Positions 30,989 to 42,933 of a stretch of DNA of 64,000 bases are shown piece by piece. This DNA comes from an uncultured virus (IMG/VR IMGVR_UViG_3300037067_011978) (lineage: Duplodnaviria > Heunggongvirae > Uroviricota > Caudoviricetes), in the IMG/VR virus record IMGVR_UViG_3300037067_011978; one strand, given 5' to 3'. How positions within the stretch are numbered: the first letter of the stretch is position 1; every line of letters begins with the position of its first letter. Below the pieces are notes generated by a model that was not told the DNA's origin, searched no databases, and worked only from the letters and a program-made list of their open reading frames with translations. The position numbers and the translations under genes are program-made.

Positions 30989-31894
30989 ATGATTGATTTT
31001 ATAAGATTATTAGATGATAATAATATAGATCATAAACCAATAGTAAAAGGTTGGGAAAACTTTTTCTGCCCTTATCACGAAAACGGTTCAAGAGGTTATA
31101 AAGCGGGTTTCAATTTAGCTGGTGGGTATGTAAGTTGTTGGTCGTGTGGCTGGCACCCTATAGAAAATATTGTTTCTGAATTGCTTTCAATATCATTTTA
31201 TGAAGCTAGAAAACTATTGCAAGAATACGATACTGAAAGCAGGATCATACAAAAAGTAAAAAAGAAAGGTTTAGCAAAAAATATACAATTGCCAGGAAAT
31301 GAAATTGTCAAAGGTAGTAAGGCATGGAATTATTTAGTTAAAAGGAATTTTGACCCTGAATACTTGATGAAAGAATATAAAATAAAGGATGGAGGGATAA
31401 CAGGGCAATGGTCATTTAGAATAATAATCCCTATTTTTTATGGAAATAAAATTGTAAGCTACCAGGGCAGAAGTTTATATTCAAAGGAAAAATGTAAAGA
31501 ATTAGATATATTGCGCTATCATACTTTGGATATACCTTCCAGTGTTATTGATGCTAAAAGAATTTTATATAATTTAGATAATTGCTTAGAGGATTGGGCA
31601 ATATTAGAGGAAGGCGCTACGGATGTTTGGAGATTGGGGCCAAAAAATGTGTGTGCGACACTCGGCACGGAAATGTCTGAGGAACAGATTATTTTATTGG
31701 CAAATAGATTCAAGAAAATAATACTGCTTTTCGATAATGAAAAACCTGCTCAGGATAGGGCTAAAAAATATGGTGAAAGATTGGCAGGATTAGGCGTAGA
31801 AGTGGAAATATTTAACTCTGAGTTCGAGCATGATCCTGGTGATTATACGGAAAAGGAAAAATTATTTTGCCGAAAGGAGCTTGGACTAATATGA
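30989..31894 (+). CDS. DNA primase (Zn finger plus TOPRIM)
   Basis: CPYH...CWSCG; RIIIPI, YQGR; EEGATD; LFDNE. Confidence 0.88.
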   Translation: MIDFIRLLDDNNIDHKPIVKGWENFFCPYHENGSRGYKAGFNLAGGYVSCWSCGWHPIENIVSELLSISFYEARKLLQEYDTESRIIQKVKKKGLAKNIQLPGNEIVKGSKAWNYLVKRNFDPEYLMKEYKIKDGGITGQWSFRIIIPIFYGNKIVSYQGRSLYSKEKCKELDILRYHTLDIPSSVIDAKRILYNLDNCLEDWAILEEGATDVWRLGPKNVCATLGTEMSEEQIILLANRFKKIILLFDNEKPAQDRAKKYGERLAGLGVEVEIFNSEFEHDPGDYTEKEKLFCRKELGLI

Positions 31895-32429
31895 TAGAAA
31901 AAGTATTTTCTAATTATCTTACTTTTGATGATTGGGAAAATGACACAGAATATCATGTTAAGAAAGATGAAAAAGCAAAAATGGATCAATACGGAAGATT
32001 CGTTTTTGATATTAACCAAGTAAGTAAAAAGAAAAAGGATAGAATTAATTCAAATGTAGGACATAATGATATGAGTTGGGGAGATTTTGAAACTTGAAAT
32101 CATCTAAGCAATCACAAGCAATATCTGAAAAGCTATTGCAGGAATGTTTCAATAAAATACCTAATTTCATGCTTCGCAATAGGTCAGTAACAACGTCATC
32201 TATTTACTGCAGGATGCCGGACGGCTATAGCTTGCGAATTGGCGATCATAAAGGCAGGGAAAAATATTCATACAAATACAATTTAGATCCAAACATTAAA
32301 ATGAAAGGATATTGGTCAAAGGAATATAATAAAGTTGATAGAAGAGATTATTGGAGATATTATACAGGAAATGTAGATGATTTATTGGAAACATTGAATA
32401 GCAGGAAATGGAATAAGGGGGAAGTTTAA

Positions 32430-32942
32430 TTGCAATATTTTGTTTCTGATTTTCATTTTAATCACAAAAAGATGTTAGAAACTCGTCCTCAGTTTGTTTC
32501 ATTAGAAAATATGAATGATACTATGATCAATAATTTTAATACCAAAGTAACAAATAAAGACACTACTTATTTTTTAGGTGATTTCTCATGGACAAATCCT
32601 ATTGAGTTTCTAGATAGATTAAATGGGCATTTTATTTTTATCAAAGGTAATCATGATTCAAAAATACCAATTAGTAAAAAGATAATTTATAGTAATAATG
32701 GATATTATGATACTGAAATAAACAATCAAAAAATTACTGTTTGTCATTACCCATTACATAGCTGGAATTGTAGTCATTGGGGAAGTTGGTTATTTTATGG
32801 GCATCATCATTCTAAAACCGATTTTGGTGGTAAATCAATAAATTGTTCTGTAGACGCTTTAGACTTTATTCCTATTTCTTGGGATGAAGTAATTGAGTAT
32901 ATGAAGAATCGTCCGAATAATTGGGATTTAATTGAAAGATAA
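32430..32942 (+). CDS. metallophosphoesterase
   Basis: SDFHFNH, LGDF, GNHD, CHYP, GHHH. Confidence 0.9.
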   Translation: MQYFVSDFHFNHKKMLETRPQFVSLENMNDTMINNFNTKVTNKDTTYFLGDFSWTNPIEFLDRLNGHFIFIKGNHDSKIPISKKIIYSNNGYYDTEINNQKITVCHYPLHSWNCSHWGSWLFYGHHHSKTDFGGKSINCSVDALDFIPISWDEVIEYMKNRPNNWDLIER

Positions 32943-34332
32943 ACTCCGTCCATTTCAAAAAACTGGCGTGCAATGGCTTGATGAAAAAGTAAACGGCATT
33001 GGCTTGCTTGCCGATGAAATGGGTTTAGGAAAATCGGCACAAGCTATTACGTATGCATATATAAATCCCGAATTACGGCCAGTATTGGTTATTTGCCCAG
33101 CCTCAATCAAAATAAATTGGACAAAAGAAATAATTAAATGGTCAGGTGAAGAATCATTATTATTGTATGGAAAGAAATCGTCTCATGTTGCAAATTATCC
33201 TTGGTATATTATCAATTACGATATATTGGCTGAGGAAATAAAAATAGATAAAAAGAAAGTATTGAAAGATACTTCATGGATATATAAATTAGCATCATTA
33301 GGAATAAAGGTGATTATCATTGATGAGTGCCAAGCAATAGTTAATCCCTCCGCCGTCCGTTCTAAAGCAGTAGTGACATTAAAAAAAATATTGCCTAATG
33401 TTAAATTCATAGCATTATCAGGAACACCAATAAAAAATAGACCAAAAGAATTTTTTACTGTATTGAATCTATTAGCTCCCAAAATATTTTCTAATAGATG
33501 GAGATATTTACATAAATTTTGTTTGCCAAAATATAATGGATTTGGATGGACTTTTGATGGTGCAACTAATATAGATCAATTACAAGAATTGATAAAACCG
33601 TTAATGCTTAGGAGAACGAAAGAAGAAGTATTGAAGGATTTGCCGCCTAAACAGAGAATAATTATCCCATTAGAAACTGATAAGGTGGCTTTGAAAAATT
33701 ACATCGATGCAACTAATCAATTTATTCTATGGGCAAAGGATCATATCGACAAAGGACTTGATTTACAAATAAATATAGATCGCTTAAAGCAACTAGCATA
33801 TTTGTCTAAAAGGAACAGTTGTATAAAATGGCTAGAAGAATATTTAGATTCAGATAATAAATTGGTGATTGCCACATATCATAAAAATACTTTGGAAGAT
33901 TTATACAACCATTTCAAGGATATTTCTGTTTTCATTGATGGAGGAATTACAGGAGAAAAAAGGCAATTAGCTATTGATACTTTTCAAACAAATAGAAACA
34001 TTAAATTTATATTCTTACAAATATTATGTGCACCAGGAATGACATTAACGGCGGCTAATGCTACTTGTACTATAGAATTTGCATGGTCTCCTGCCGATCA
34101 TTTTCAATTCGAGGATCGTGTTCATAGATTGACACAAGAAGCTGATTCTGTTTTTGCTTATTATTTGATTGCCCCACAAACTATCGAGGAAGAAATCATA
34201 AAATTAATTGACAAGAAACAAGAAGTATTGGGGCGAATATTTGACAATAAAATAGACGATAAATTATTCAATAAAAACGATATAGTAAAAACTATATTAA
34301 ACAAGTTGAAAATAAATGCTAAAAATTGTTAA
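32932..34332 (+). CDS. SNF2-family (HARP-like) helicase
   Basis: LLADEMGLGKS, IIDECQ, LSGTP, LRRTKEEVLKDLPPK, QFEDRVHR. Confidence 0.92.
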   Translation: MKDKLRPFQKTGVQWLDEKVNGIGLLADEMGLGKSAQAITYAYINPELRPVLVICPASIKINWTKEIIKWSGEESLLLYGKKSSHVANYPWYIINYDILAEEIKIDKKKVLKDTSWIYKLASLGIKVIIIDECQAIVNPSAVRSKAVVTLKKILPNVKFIALSGTPIKNRPKEFFTVLNLLAPKIFSNRWRYLHKFCLPKYNGFGWTFDGATNIDQLQELIKPLMLRRTKEEVLKDLPPKQRIIIPLETDKVALKNYIDATNQFILWAKDHIDKGLDLQINIDRLKQLAYLSKRNSCIKWLEEYLDSDNKLVIATYHKNTLEDLYNHFKDISVFIDGGITGEKRQLAIDTFQTNRNIKFIFLQILCAPGMTLTAANATCTIEFAWSPADHFQFEDRVHRLTQEADSVFAYYLIAPQTIEEEIIKLIDKKQEVLGRIFDNKIDDKLFNKNDIVKTILNKLKINAKNC

Positions 34333-34346
34333 AGATGATGTATAAT
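34329..34346 (+). promoter_or_regulatory. AAAGAT-class promoter
   Basis: TTAAAGATGATGTATAAT(ATAG). Confidence 0.7.
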
Positions 34347-36446
34347 ATAGATAGGAGAAATAAATGACCGATATCCAATACAGATTTTTGGAAAACATTA
34401 AATTATATGTACAATCAGATCCTGAAATAGCACCATACATTTCTGATTTCGTTGCTAAAGGATTAAAAGAAGCCTTAGATGAAGCCAATCAGCGAGCAGC
34501 GGATATGGAAATTGTTGCTTCAGTGATGATGTATAAAAAGAAGTGGAAAGGCCAAGATGAATTAGTTATGAGCAAAATAAACAAATGGAAAAATAAGGCA
34601 AGCTTGAATTGGGATGGGCTTCTAAAAGAAGTTAAATGAATCATTATATCGTAACCATATCTAAAAATATGTTTAAATATTATCTGCAAAAAGTTGTTTC
34701 ATACAAAAGGAACAAGGTTATTTTGACGATTGATTTTGACAAAGCATATAAATATGTTTCTAATGATTCTGCCATCAAGGCTTCAAATGCTTTCAATGGG
34801 GAGGTAAAGGTAATATGAAAAAAATATTGACGATGGAAGAAAGAATATTAAGAATTGAAAAGCAAATTCCTGTTTCAGTACAAGGTACTATTTTACAAAG
34901 GATTTTAACCGAAACAGGAAAAGCTTGGAGCTTAGGATTGGGTGGACTGCAAGAGCCTAAAATATTTTTTATTGGGGACGATATAAATATATGTCTTAGA
35001 AAAGCAGAGAAAGAGCTAATTAAATAAATGAAATATCCATTTGGCACTATCAAAGATGGAAGGCGAAAGGATATATTTTCTATAATCATTTTTGGCTTTC
35101 CTATTTTCTCATATTTTGTAATTGATTTTCGCAGGGAAATGATTACTTCAAAAGATAAATGGCAAGTAGGATTTTTATATATTCTAGGATTCCATATCTG
35201 GACAAAGGATATAAAATAATGGAAATCGAAAAAGGAAGATGGTATTTATGTGAAGACGAATTACCTCCATTTGAATTTCCAGTTATAGGAATGTATTCTG
35301 GTGGATGTTGGTTTGCAGGAACTAGAGAAAAAGATGAACAATGGTTTGACGGAGAATATTATTGTAAATGTCCTGATTATTGGATGATACCTAAAAAACC
35401 AGATTTTGCACCAGTAAAAGGTAAATGCTAAATATATGAATTATTATCGTTATGATGATCCTATGTGGTATGAAGGCGAATATGAACCATATGAATTATT
35501 ATTAAATGAATATAAAGTATTGAAAATAACGCCTCGCGGAGTATGGATCAAATATCCTAGAAATGATAAATATCCAGTAGGAAAATATATTGAAGGTAAG
35601 AAATTTATATTAGAAAAGATAGGTTATTTTAATAAAGAAAAAACTAAAAAACGTTTTGCTTGGCCTACAAAAGAGGAAGCATTAATTTCATATAAAAAAC
35701 GAAAAGAAGGTCAAATATGGATTATAGAAAATCAATTAAGAATAGCAAAATTAAATTTAGAATTAGCTAAAGGAATAAATAATGCCTAGTATATATAAAA
35801 ATCCATTTACATTTAAACCTAATAATGTTATTGAACCAATAGAAATTGAATTATATGAATGCCCAAATTGTAAATATAGAATACCAATTTTACCTGAACA
35901 TTTTGATTATAGAGAAATGTATGAAGAACAAATATTTATTACCCAACAATTAGTAAAAAAGTATGAATTATTTTTAGAAGAAATAGCAATGTTAAATCCT
36001 GATGCAGAAGTTTTAGTTGAGAAAAGAAGATCAAAAATGAAAGAATTAATAAAACAATTAAGAGAAATGGCGTATAGAGCAAGGAATAATAAGGAAAAAG
36101 AATAAAATATGCCATATTTAGAAACGCCACAAGATTTAGCAGAAGACATAGCCGATAAATTAGGAATATATGGAAATATTCCAGAGAATGATGAACATCT
36201 TGATAATTGTAATTGTAGACTTTGCTTTGTTGAAATTATGATAGACAGAATTAAAAATAGTGTTATTAATAATCTATCTATTATAAATAAGGAATAAAAT
36301 GAATTTAAATAATTATAAAATGTATCATATTTATAAATATAAATGGATGAATAAATATTTGCCTAAAAAATTTGTAAAACTTCCTGGTTATAATAAAGGA
36401 ATTGAATTTTTAGGTAAAGAATACTTTGTAACTAGGATAATATAAT

Positions 36447-37877
36447 TTGACGCGAGAGAAAATAAAAATTGATAGTGAAGTTTCTATCCTCATAAATTGC
36501 ATAACCAATGATAGATTTTTGCAAGAAATGATTCCTATAATAAGGCCAAATTATTTTAAACTTGGTTATTCAAAAGTTATTTATAAATGGATAAAGGAAT
36601 ATTGGGAAGCATATTCTTGTGCTCCAAAAAAATATATTACAAATATTTATAAACAAAAATATGCTTTGTTAAAAGAAGATTCAGATGAAAATGATGAAAT
36701 TAAATTATTCTTAACTAACTTATCAAAAAAATATGAAGAATATTCTGATAATAATAACATTAAACCATTAATAGATGAAGCTGAAAATTATTTAGGTATT
36801 AGATCAGGTGAAGTATTAAAAGAACAAATTGAAGATGCATTGTTATCTAACGATAAGAAAAAACTTGAAACTGTTATAGCTAATTATAAAAGAGTAGAAA
36901 AACCAACTGGTGAAGGTATCGATCTTTTACATGACCATACAAAAATATTAGAAGCATTGACAAAAGAACATAATGAAATAATTGTTTTCCCTGGTGCAGT
37001 AGGAAAAATAATTCCACCTATTTGTCGTGGCGATTTTATGTCATTTTTTGGACCAGCTAAGCGTGGAAAAAGTTTTTGGCTTTGGTATACAGCCGAAGTA
37101 GCAATGGGACAAGGATGTAAAGTTATTTATATCCCATTAGAAATGAACGATACTGCAATAATAAAAAGGAGTTGGCCATCAATAACAGGTAAGCCATTAT
37201 TTAATAGGATAGTGCATTCAGCACATTTTGAAGAAGATGGAGAGAAGTTTTCAATAATTCAAGATGAAAAAGAAATGGAAGGTTTCAATTTAGAATCAAT
37301 TGAAGATATGCAGAAAAAATTAAGGAGACTTTATAGAAAAGGTAGAATAAAAATAATTCCTATGGTAGGGGCTACGTGCAAAAAGATTGAATCAATTTGT
37401 GATAATCTATATTATTATGAAAATTTTGTACCTGATGCAATAGTTATTGATTATGCTGATTATATGGAAACAGAAGGAAAATATACAGATAACAGAGATA
37501 AGATAAACAAGATATGGAAAGGAGTAAGAGATTTTGGAAATGAACGAAATATTGCAATGATAACCGCGAGCCATACGGAAAAGAAAACTTTCAACGAGGA
37601 TATAAAGACTTCGCAGGCATCAGAGGACATAAGAAAAATAAACCATGTAACATTGGCAGTGAGCTTGAATGCCACTGATAAAGAAAATGAAAATAATATA
37701 ATTAGGTTAGGAATGATGGAGATTAGGGAAGGCAGGCATATATCAGATCAAGCCGTAGTATTGCAATGCCTGGATTTAGGTAGGCCATGCATAGATAGTA
37801 AGATGAAGAAGGAAGTCAATGGGTATAATAATTCGGAAGAAAAAAAGCAGTATCGAAGAAAAAATGTTGAAAGATAA
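36447..37877 (+). CDS. dnaB: replicative DNA helicase, DnaB-like
   Basis: Walker A GPAKRGKS, LEM, IVIDYAD, TASH; 476 aa. Confidence 0.85.
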   Translation: MTREKIKIDSEVSILINCITNDRFLQEMIPIIRPNYFKLGYSKVIYKWIKEYWEAYSCAPKKYITNIYKQKYALLKEDSDENDEIKLFLTNLSKKYEEYSDNNNIKPLIDEAENYLGIRSGEVLKEQIEDALLSNDKKKLETVIANYKRVEKPTGEGIDLLHDHTKILEALTKEHNEIIVFPGAVGKIIPPICRGDFMSFFGPAKRGKSFWLWYTAEVAMGQGCKVIYIPLEMNDTAIIKRSWPSITGKPLFNRIVHSAHFEEDGEKFSIIQDEKEMEGFNLESIEDMQKKLRRLYRKGRIKIIPMVGATCKKIESICDNLYYYENFVPDAIVIDYADYMETEGKYTDNRDKINKIWKGVRDFGNERNIAMITASHTEKKTFNEDIKTSQASEDIRKINHVTLAVSLNATDKENENNIIRLGMMEIREGRHISDQAVVLQCLDLGRPCIDSKMKKEVNGYNNSEEKKQYRRKNVER

Positions 37878-37885
37878 TGTATAAT
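37868..37885 (+). promoter_or_regulatory. AAAGAT-class promoter heading the modification cluster
   Basis: TGAAAGATAATGTATAAT. Confidence 0.7.
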
Positions 37886-37895
37886 AAGGATAAGC

Positions 37896-39284
37896 ATGAA
37901 AATAAACAAACTTATTGAAAGAGAAGTGACTTTTGAATGTGTTCCAAGTGTCATTGGCTCTGGTTATGAAGTGCAAGTAGCGGATTTGGCTTTGCGTGAT
38001 GGTGTAGCATATCGAGCCGCTAGAAAAAATATGCAGATTCATTCCGCTATTATCCTAAAGATAGATGGAAAGTTTAGCGGATTTTTTACGTTCCAAATAA
38101 ACCATGAAGTTGGCGAATTTTGCCTATTACAATCAGCAATGGAATTAGACAGGAAAGACAAGGAAATATATAAGGATATGTTACGTGAGATAATCAAGCA
38201 AAATACATTTGGCTATCCAATGATTATGACGGTTAGCACAAAACATGATCTTGAAAGACCAGATGTATTAGAAGCCGTTGGATTCAAAACATATCTTAAT
38301 TTAAGTGGATTTGCCTATATGGTTTACGGAACTATGGAACAGGTCAGGATGAAGCGACTTGCACATGCTACCATGACAAATACTTGGACTTCTACCAAGG
38401 CTGATTGGTTGAAAATGAAACATGAATGGAACGATAAAATAGAGGCTATGGGCAAAAAGTATAATATCAAAAATCCTAAGTTTGCTTCGCGTGATGGTTG
38501 TTGGCAAGGTAAACAGGGAATGGCTAATATCGTAATGGCTTCACAGAAAATAGTAGATGGAAAGATAAAAAATAAAACTGATAAAACATTGAATGGGAAC
38601 GCATCGGTACTCGATCCTGTAGCTTGCGAAGTTATATTAAGATTTTTCATGCCTACAAATGGTAAGCGGGTTTATAATCCTTTTGGTGGTGGTGTTCAAT
38701 TTGGATTTGTTGCAGGATCATATGGGTATAAATATATATCAAGTGAAATTAGGCAAAATCAATGCGATGCTAACAATGCATTGTGCCAGGATTTCAAGAA
38801 TGTAAAATGGATAAAAAGTGATAGTTCAAAATACATTCCTAAAAATAAAGTTGATTTAGTTTTTTCATGTCCACCATATTACCAGGTGGAAGAGTATTTA
38901 GATTATGATGGAAAATCTCCAGAAGGCGAATTGAATAAAATACCTACTTATGAACAATTCAGGGATACACTTTTTGAAGGATATAAAAAAGCAATAAGTG
39001 TATTAAATAATAATTGTTTTGTAATAATAATGACTGGAGATTCAAGAAATAAAGATGGCGCTTATTATGGTTGTGAAGCCGAGCATGAATTATTTTTTAG
39101 AGAACAAGGATTGCACATCTATAACAAGATAATTTATTTGGAATGTGAGTTTACTAGATTGGCGCAAGCCAAGGTTACATTGAATTATAGAAAGTTCCCT
39201 AAGCGTGAACAGAAAATATTGGTTTTTTACAAAGGAGATATAAAGAAAATATCAGAATTATATCCTAAAATAGGCAGGCTATAG
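37896..39284 (+). CDS. DNA amino-methyltransferase with N-terminal GNAT-like domain
   Basis: VYNPFGGG (motif I) and FSCPPY (motif IV); first ~145 aa show a GNAT-like pattern (IILKIDGKFSGFFTF...CLLQSAM...LEAVGF). Confidence 0.75.
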   Translation: MKINKLIEREVTFECVPSVIGSGYEVQVADLALRDGVAYRAARKNMQIHSAIILKIDGKFSGFFTFQINHEVGEFCLLQSAMELDRKDKEIYKDMLREIIKQNTFGYPMIMTVSTKHDLERPDVLEAVGFKTYLNLSGFAYMVYGTMEQVRMKRLAHATMTNTWTSTKADWLKMKHEWNDKIEAMGKKYNIKNPKFASRDGCWQGKQGMANIVMASQKIVDGKIKNKTDKTLNGNASVLDPVACEVILRFFMPTNGKRVYNPFGGGVQFGFVAGSYGYKYISSEIRQNQCDANNALCQDFKNVKWIKSDSSKYIPKNKVDLVFSCPPYYQVEEYLDYDGKSPEGELNKIPTYEQFRDTLFEGYKKAISVLNNNCFVIIMTGDSRNKDGAYYGCEAEHELFFREQGLHIYNKIIYLECEFTRLAQAKVTLNYRKFPKREQKILVFYKGDIKKISELYPKIGRL

Positions 39285-40195
39285 TGGAACGATTCAAGGA
39301 TAAAATAACATTGATTGAAAATAATCGTGGTTGTTTTATCCTTGATACTATTAAAGGATGTAGTGGCTGCAATGAAAAAAGGCCACGGGGATGCTATGAT
39401 GATTGCTATGCAAAAAATATAACTTCAAGATATAAGCAGATAGATTTCACCATTCCTGTAAAAAGAATGTTCATTGAGAATAAATCAAAATATGCCTTAT
39501 TTGATTTCGATGATACTAGGCACATAAAAGAAATAATTGGCAAGATAGAAAAAATAAATATGCCATTTGTTAGAATTGGGGAAATGGGAGATCCTTCTGA
39601 AGATTGGGAACACACAATAAATATTTGTAAGCAAATTTCAATTACTAATAAATATATAGTAATTATAACTAAGCACTGGAAAATAATTAACAACAAATTA
39701 TTGGATAAATTAAAATCAAATTCAAATTCAAATATTTGTATTAATACTTCTATATCCGCACTTGATACAGAAAGGGAAATTGAATATCGATTAAAACAAT
39801 ATAATAGATTGAAGGAATTATGTAATTCAGTATTAAGGATTGTAACTTGTGACTTCAATATTAAAAATAAAGAAGGCAATGTTAGAAACAAAATACAAAA
39901 TGAGTTATTGTCAATTCCTAATCATATAGATACAATATTCAGGCCAAGTAATAATAATCCATTGGTCATTAATAAAATCATAAATGTTAATAATGTAAAA
40001 TTCTTGAAAAAGGAAGTGCTGGCGAGTATGCATGATAAAAATGCTTATCTAGGATTTTGTAATACTTGTCCTGATATGTGCGGGATTCCAATTGAATTGA
40101 AGGAAAGTTATTACAAGCAAACCGTGGAGAACCTGAAAATTGCTAATAAGAAAAAAGGTATGTCATTGATCGGGCAATCATTATTTATAGAATAA
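39284..40195 (+). CDS. radical-SAM-like Fe-S protein
   Basis: KGCSGC...GCYDDCYAK Cys cluster, VRIGEMGDPS, IITKHW, terminal CNTCPDMCG. Confidence 0.6.
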   Translation: MERFKDKITLIENNRGCFILDTIKGCSGCNEKRPRGCYDDCYAKNITSRYKQIDFTIPVKRMFIENKSKYALFDFDDTRHIKEIIGKIEKINMPFVRIGEMGDPSEDWEHTINICKQISITNKYIVIITKHWKIINNKLLDKLKSNSNSNICINTSISALDTEREIEYRLKQYNRLKELCNSVLRIVTCDFNIKNKEGNVRNKIQNELLSIPNHIDTIFRPSNNNPLVINKIINVNNVKFLKKEVLASMHDKNAYLGFCNTCPDMCGIPIELKESYYKQTVENLKIANKKKGMSLIGQSLFIE

Positions 40196-40207
40196 TATGC
40201 AAAAAAT

Positions 40208-40225
40208 TGAAAGATAGTGTATAAT
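40208..40225 (+). promoter_or_regulatory. AAAGAT-class promoter
   Basis: TGAAAGATAGTGTATAAT(ATAG). Confidence 0.7.
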
Positions 40226-40425
40226 ATAGATATGGAAACTTCATACAAGCAATTTTTCTTCGATCTTAGGGGCAAATTGTTGACTGGTCAAGTAACCTAT
40301 GATGAAGCAATAAAGATTGTACAGCCTGTATTAGATGAGATGAACAAGAAAGGCGAATTGATAGCTAAGAAGTATGATAGAAAATATAGAAAAGTAAGTT
40401 ATATTACTGTATTAAAAGGATAAAA

Positions 40426-41358
40426 ATGGACAAAGTATTAGTAACTGGTGGGGCTGGATTTATAGGCAGTCATTTATGTAAAAAACTAATTGACCAAGGG
40501 AATATTGTCTATTGTTTAGATAACCTATTTACAGGAAATAAAAAAAATATAAAAGAACTTCTTGACAACCCCAAATTTTCTTTTCTGGAATATAATATAA
40601 TCGTGCCATGTGATTTGGATGTCAATAAGGTATATAACCTGGCTTGTCCTGCTAGTCCTATTCATTATCAGTTATTCCCTGTAGAAACCTTAAAGACAAG
40701 TATTCTTGGATCTATAAATATGCTTGATTTGGCGAATAAGAATAAAGCCAGAATTCTACAAACATCGACTTCTGAAATATATGGTAACCCATTTGTTCAT
40801 CCTCAAAAAGAAGATTATTGGGGGAATGTAAATCCGATTGGTGTTCGTTCTTGCTATGATGAAGGAAAACGTTGTGCCGAGACATTATTTTTTGATTATA
40901 ATAGACAATATGGGACAGATATTAGAGTTGTAAGGATATTCAATACTTATGGTCCTAACATGAATATTAATGATGGCAGGGTTGTAAGTAATTTCATAAT
41001 TCAAGCCTTAACAAACGAGGATATAACGATTTATGGTAGTGGATTACAAACAAGGTCTTTTTGTTATATAGATGATATGATAGATGCTTTGCTATTGATG
41101 ATGGGTAATGATTTTATTGGCCCTATAAATCTCGGAAATGAGAATGAATTTACAATTATTGAATTGGCAGAGTTGGTGTTATCTATAACTAATAGTAAAT
41201 CTAAGATAACATTTAATGAACTTCCACAGGATGATCCTAAACAGCGAAAACCAGATATAAGTCTTGCTAAGAACAAGCTGGGATGGGGACCAAAAATTCA
41301 ATTGAAAGAAGGATTGATAAAAACCATAGAATATTTTGAGGAACAATTATGCAAATAG
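40426..41358 (+). CDS. uxs: UDP-glucuronate decarboxylase (UDP-xylose synthase)
   Basis: [68 protein letters not shown]. Confidence 0.93.
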   Translation: MDKVLVTGGAGFIGSHLCKKLIDQGNIVYCLDNLFTGNKKNIKELLDNPKFSFLEYNIIVPCDLDVNKVYNLACPASPIHYQLFPVETLKTSILGSINMLDLANKNKARILQTSTSEIYGNPFVHPQKEDYWGNVNPIGVRSCYDEGKRCAETLFFDYNRQYGTDIRVVRIFNTYGPNMNINDGRVVSNFIIQALTNEDITIYGSGLQTRSFCYIDDMIDALLLMMGNDFIGPINLGNENEFTIIELAELVLSITNSKSKITFNELPQDDPKQRKPDISLAKNKLGWGPKIQLKEGLIKTIEYFEEQLCK

Positions 41359-42659
41359 CGGTTATAGGAACTGGATATGTTGGCTTGGTTACTGGAGCAT
41401 GTTTTGCTGAATTGGGAAATATTGTTACTTGTATTGATATAGATAAACAAAAAATAGATAATCTAAAAAATGGAATTATTCCAATTTATGAACCAGGATT
41501 ATCAGAACTTGTAAAAAGGAATATAGAAGAAAATAGATTGATATTTTCTACAGAATATTCAGATATAAATAATTCAGAAGTTATTTTTATAGCTGTAGGG
41601 ACTCCATCAAATGAAGATGGTTCGGCCGATCTTAAATATATTAAATCTGTAAGCAGGTCAATTGGTAAATATATAAATGGATACAAAATAATAGTAAATA
41701 AATCCACGGTTCCTGTTGGAACATATAAATTGGTAAAAAATATAATAAATGAAGAGATAGAAAATAGAAAGGCTTTTATTGTATTCGATATTGTATCAAA
41801 CCCAGAATTTTTAAGAGAAGGAACTGCAATAAATGATTTTATGAGACCAGATAGAATAGTTATTGGGTGTAGTAATAGTGTATCTGAAAATGCAATGAGA
41901 AAATTATATGAACCTTTTATAAAAAATCAACATCCATTTATTGTTATGGATAATATTTCTGCAGAGTTGACAAAATATGCTGCTAATACAATGTTAGCAA
42001 CTAGAATCAGTTTTATGAATGAATTAGCAAATCTATGTTCTAAAGTTGATGGTAATATTGATAATGTTCGTTTAGGTATTGGAAGTGATTCAAGGATAGG
42101 ATTGCCGTTTTTATATTCAGGTATCGGCTATGGTGGATCCTGTTTCCCAAAGGATGTCAAGGAACTTATTAATTTTGGGAATAAAAATGGAATCGATATG
42201 AGTATAGCCAAGGCAGTTGAGGATATAAACTATAACCAAAAAAGAATACTATTGAAAATGATAAAAGACAGATTTGGGAATGATTTAAGCAATAAGACCT
42301 TTGCTATTTGGGGGTTATCATTTAATCCACAAACAGATGACATACGGGAATCTCCATCATTAGTTATAATTCAAGGTTTACTTGATATTGGAGCTTCTAT
42401 ACAAGTATATGATCCAGAAGCCATGGAAAACACCAAACAAATATTTGGAAATTCTGTAAAATACATATATAATATGTATGATGTATGTAAAGATTGTAAT
42501 TGCTTGTTATTGCTTACAGCTTGGAAACAATTTAGGCAACCAGATTTTTCTCTTATTAAAAACAATTTAAAAGAACCAATTATTTTTGATGGCAGGAATC
42601 AATATAAATTAGAAGATATGAATGAACTTAGTTTTGAATATCATAGCATAGGACGATAA
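41349..42659 (+). CDS. ugd: UDP-glucose 6-dehydrogenase
   Basis: [48 protein letters not shown]. Confidence 0.95.
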   Translation: MQIAVIGTGYVGLVTGACFAELGNIVTCIDIDKQKIDNLKNGIIPIYEPGLSELVKRNIEENRLIFSTEYSDINNSEVIFIAVGTPSNEDGSADLKYIKSVSRSIGKYINGYKIIVNKSTVPVGTYKLVKNIINEEIENRKAFIVFDIVSNPEFLREGTAINDFMRPDRIVIGCSNSVSENAMRKLYEPFIKNQHPFIVMDNISAELTKYAANTMLATRISFMNELANLCSKVDGNIDNVRLGIGSDSRIGLPFLYSGIGYGGSCFPKDVKELINFGNKNGIDMSIAKAVEDINYNQKRILLKMIKDRFGNDLSNKTFAIWGLSFNPQTDDIRESPSLVIIQGLLDIGASIQVYDPEAMENTKQIFGNSVKYIYNMYDVCKDCNCLLLLTAWKQFRQPDFSLIKNNLKEPIIFDGRNQYKLEDMNELSFEYHSIGR

Positions 42660-42660
42660 T

Positions 42661-42933
42661 GTGAAAAAGAAATTTGTAAAGAAAAATGCTTTATTGGAAA
42701 TCGAAGATAATGAAGAGTGGAGAGAACATTGGAAGGGGATGCCAGAATTTTCCCATAAGGATATTACTCCATATTTTTCCATAAAGATACATTTCAATAC
42801 GAAAGAAAGCATAAAGCAATTTTCAGAATTGGTTGGGCAAAATATTACTGAAAATACCAACTCTATTTGGTATCCAAAACAGAAAATCACCCATGTTGCA
42901 AATAAAAGATATATAGATGAATCAGAAGTATAA
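42661..42933 (+). CDS. small protein coupled to the glycosyltransferase
   Basis: WKGMPEF...LVGQNIT..T.SIWYP; overlaps the glycosyltransferase start. Confidence 0.6.
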   Translation: MKKKFVKKNALLEIEDNEEWREHWKGMPEFSHKDITPYFSIKIHFNTKESIKQFSELVGQNITENTNSIWYPKQKITHVANKRYIDESEV

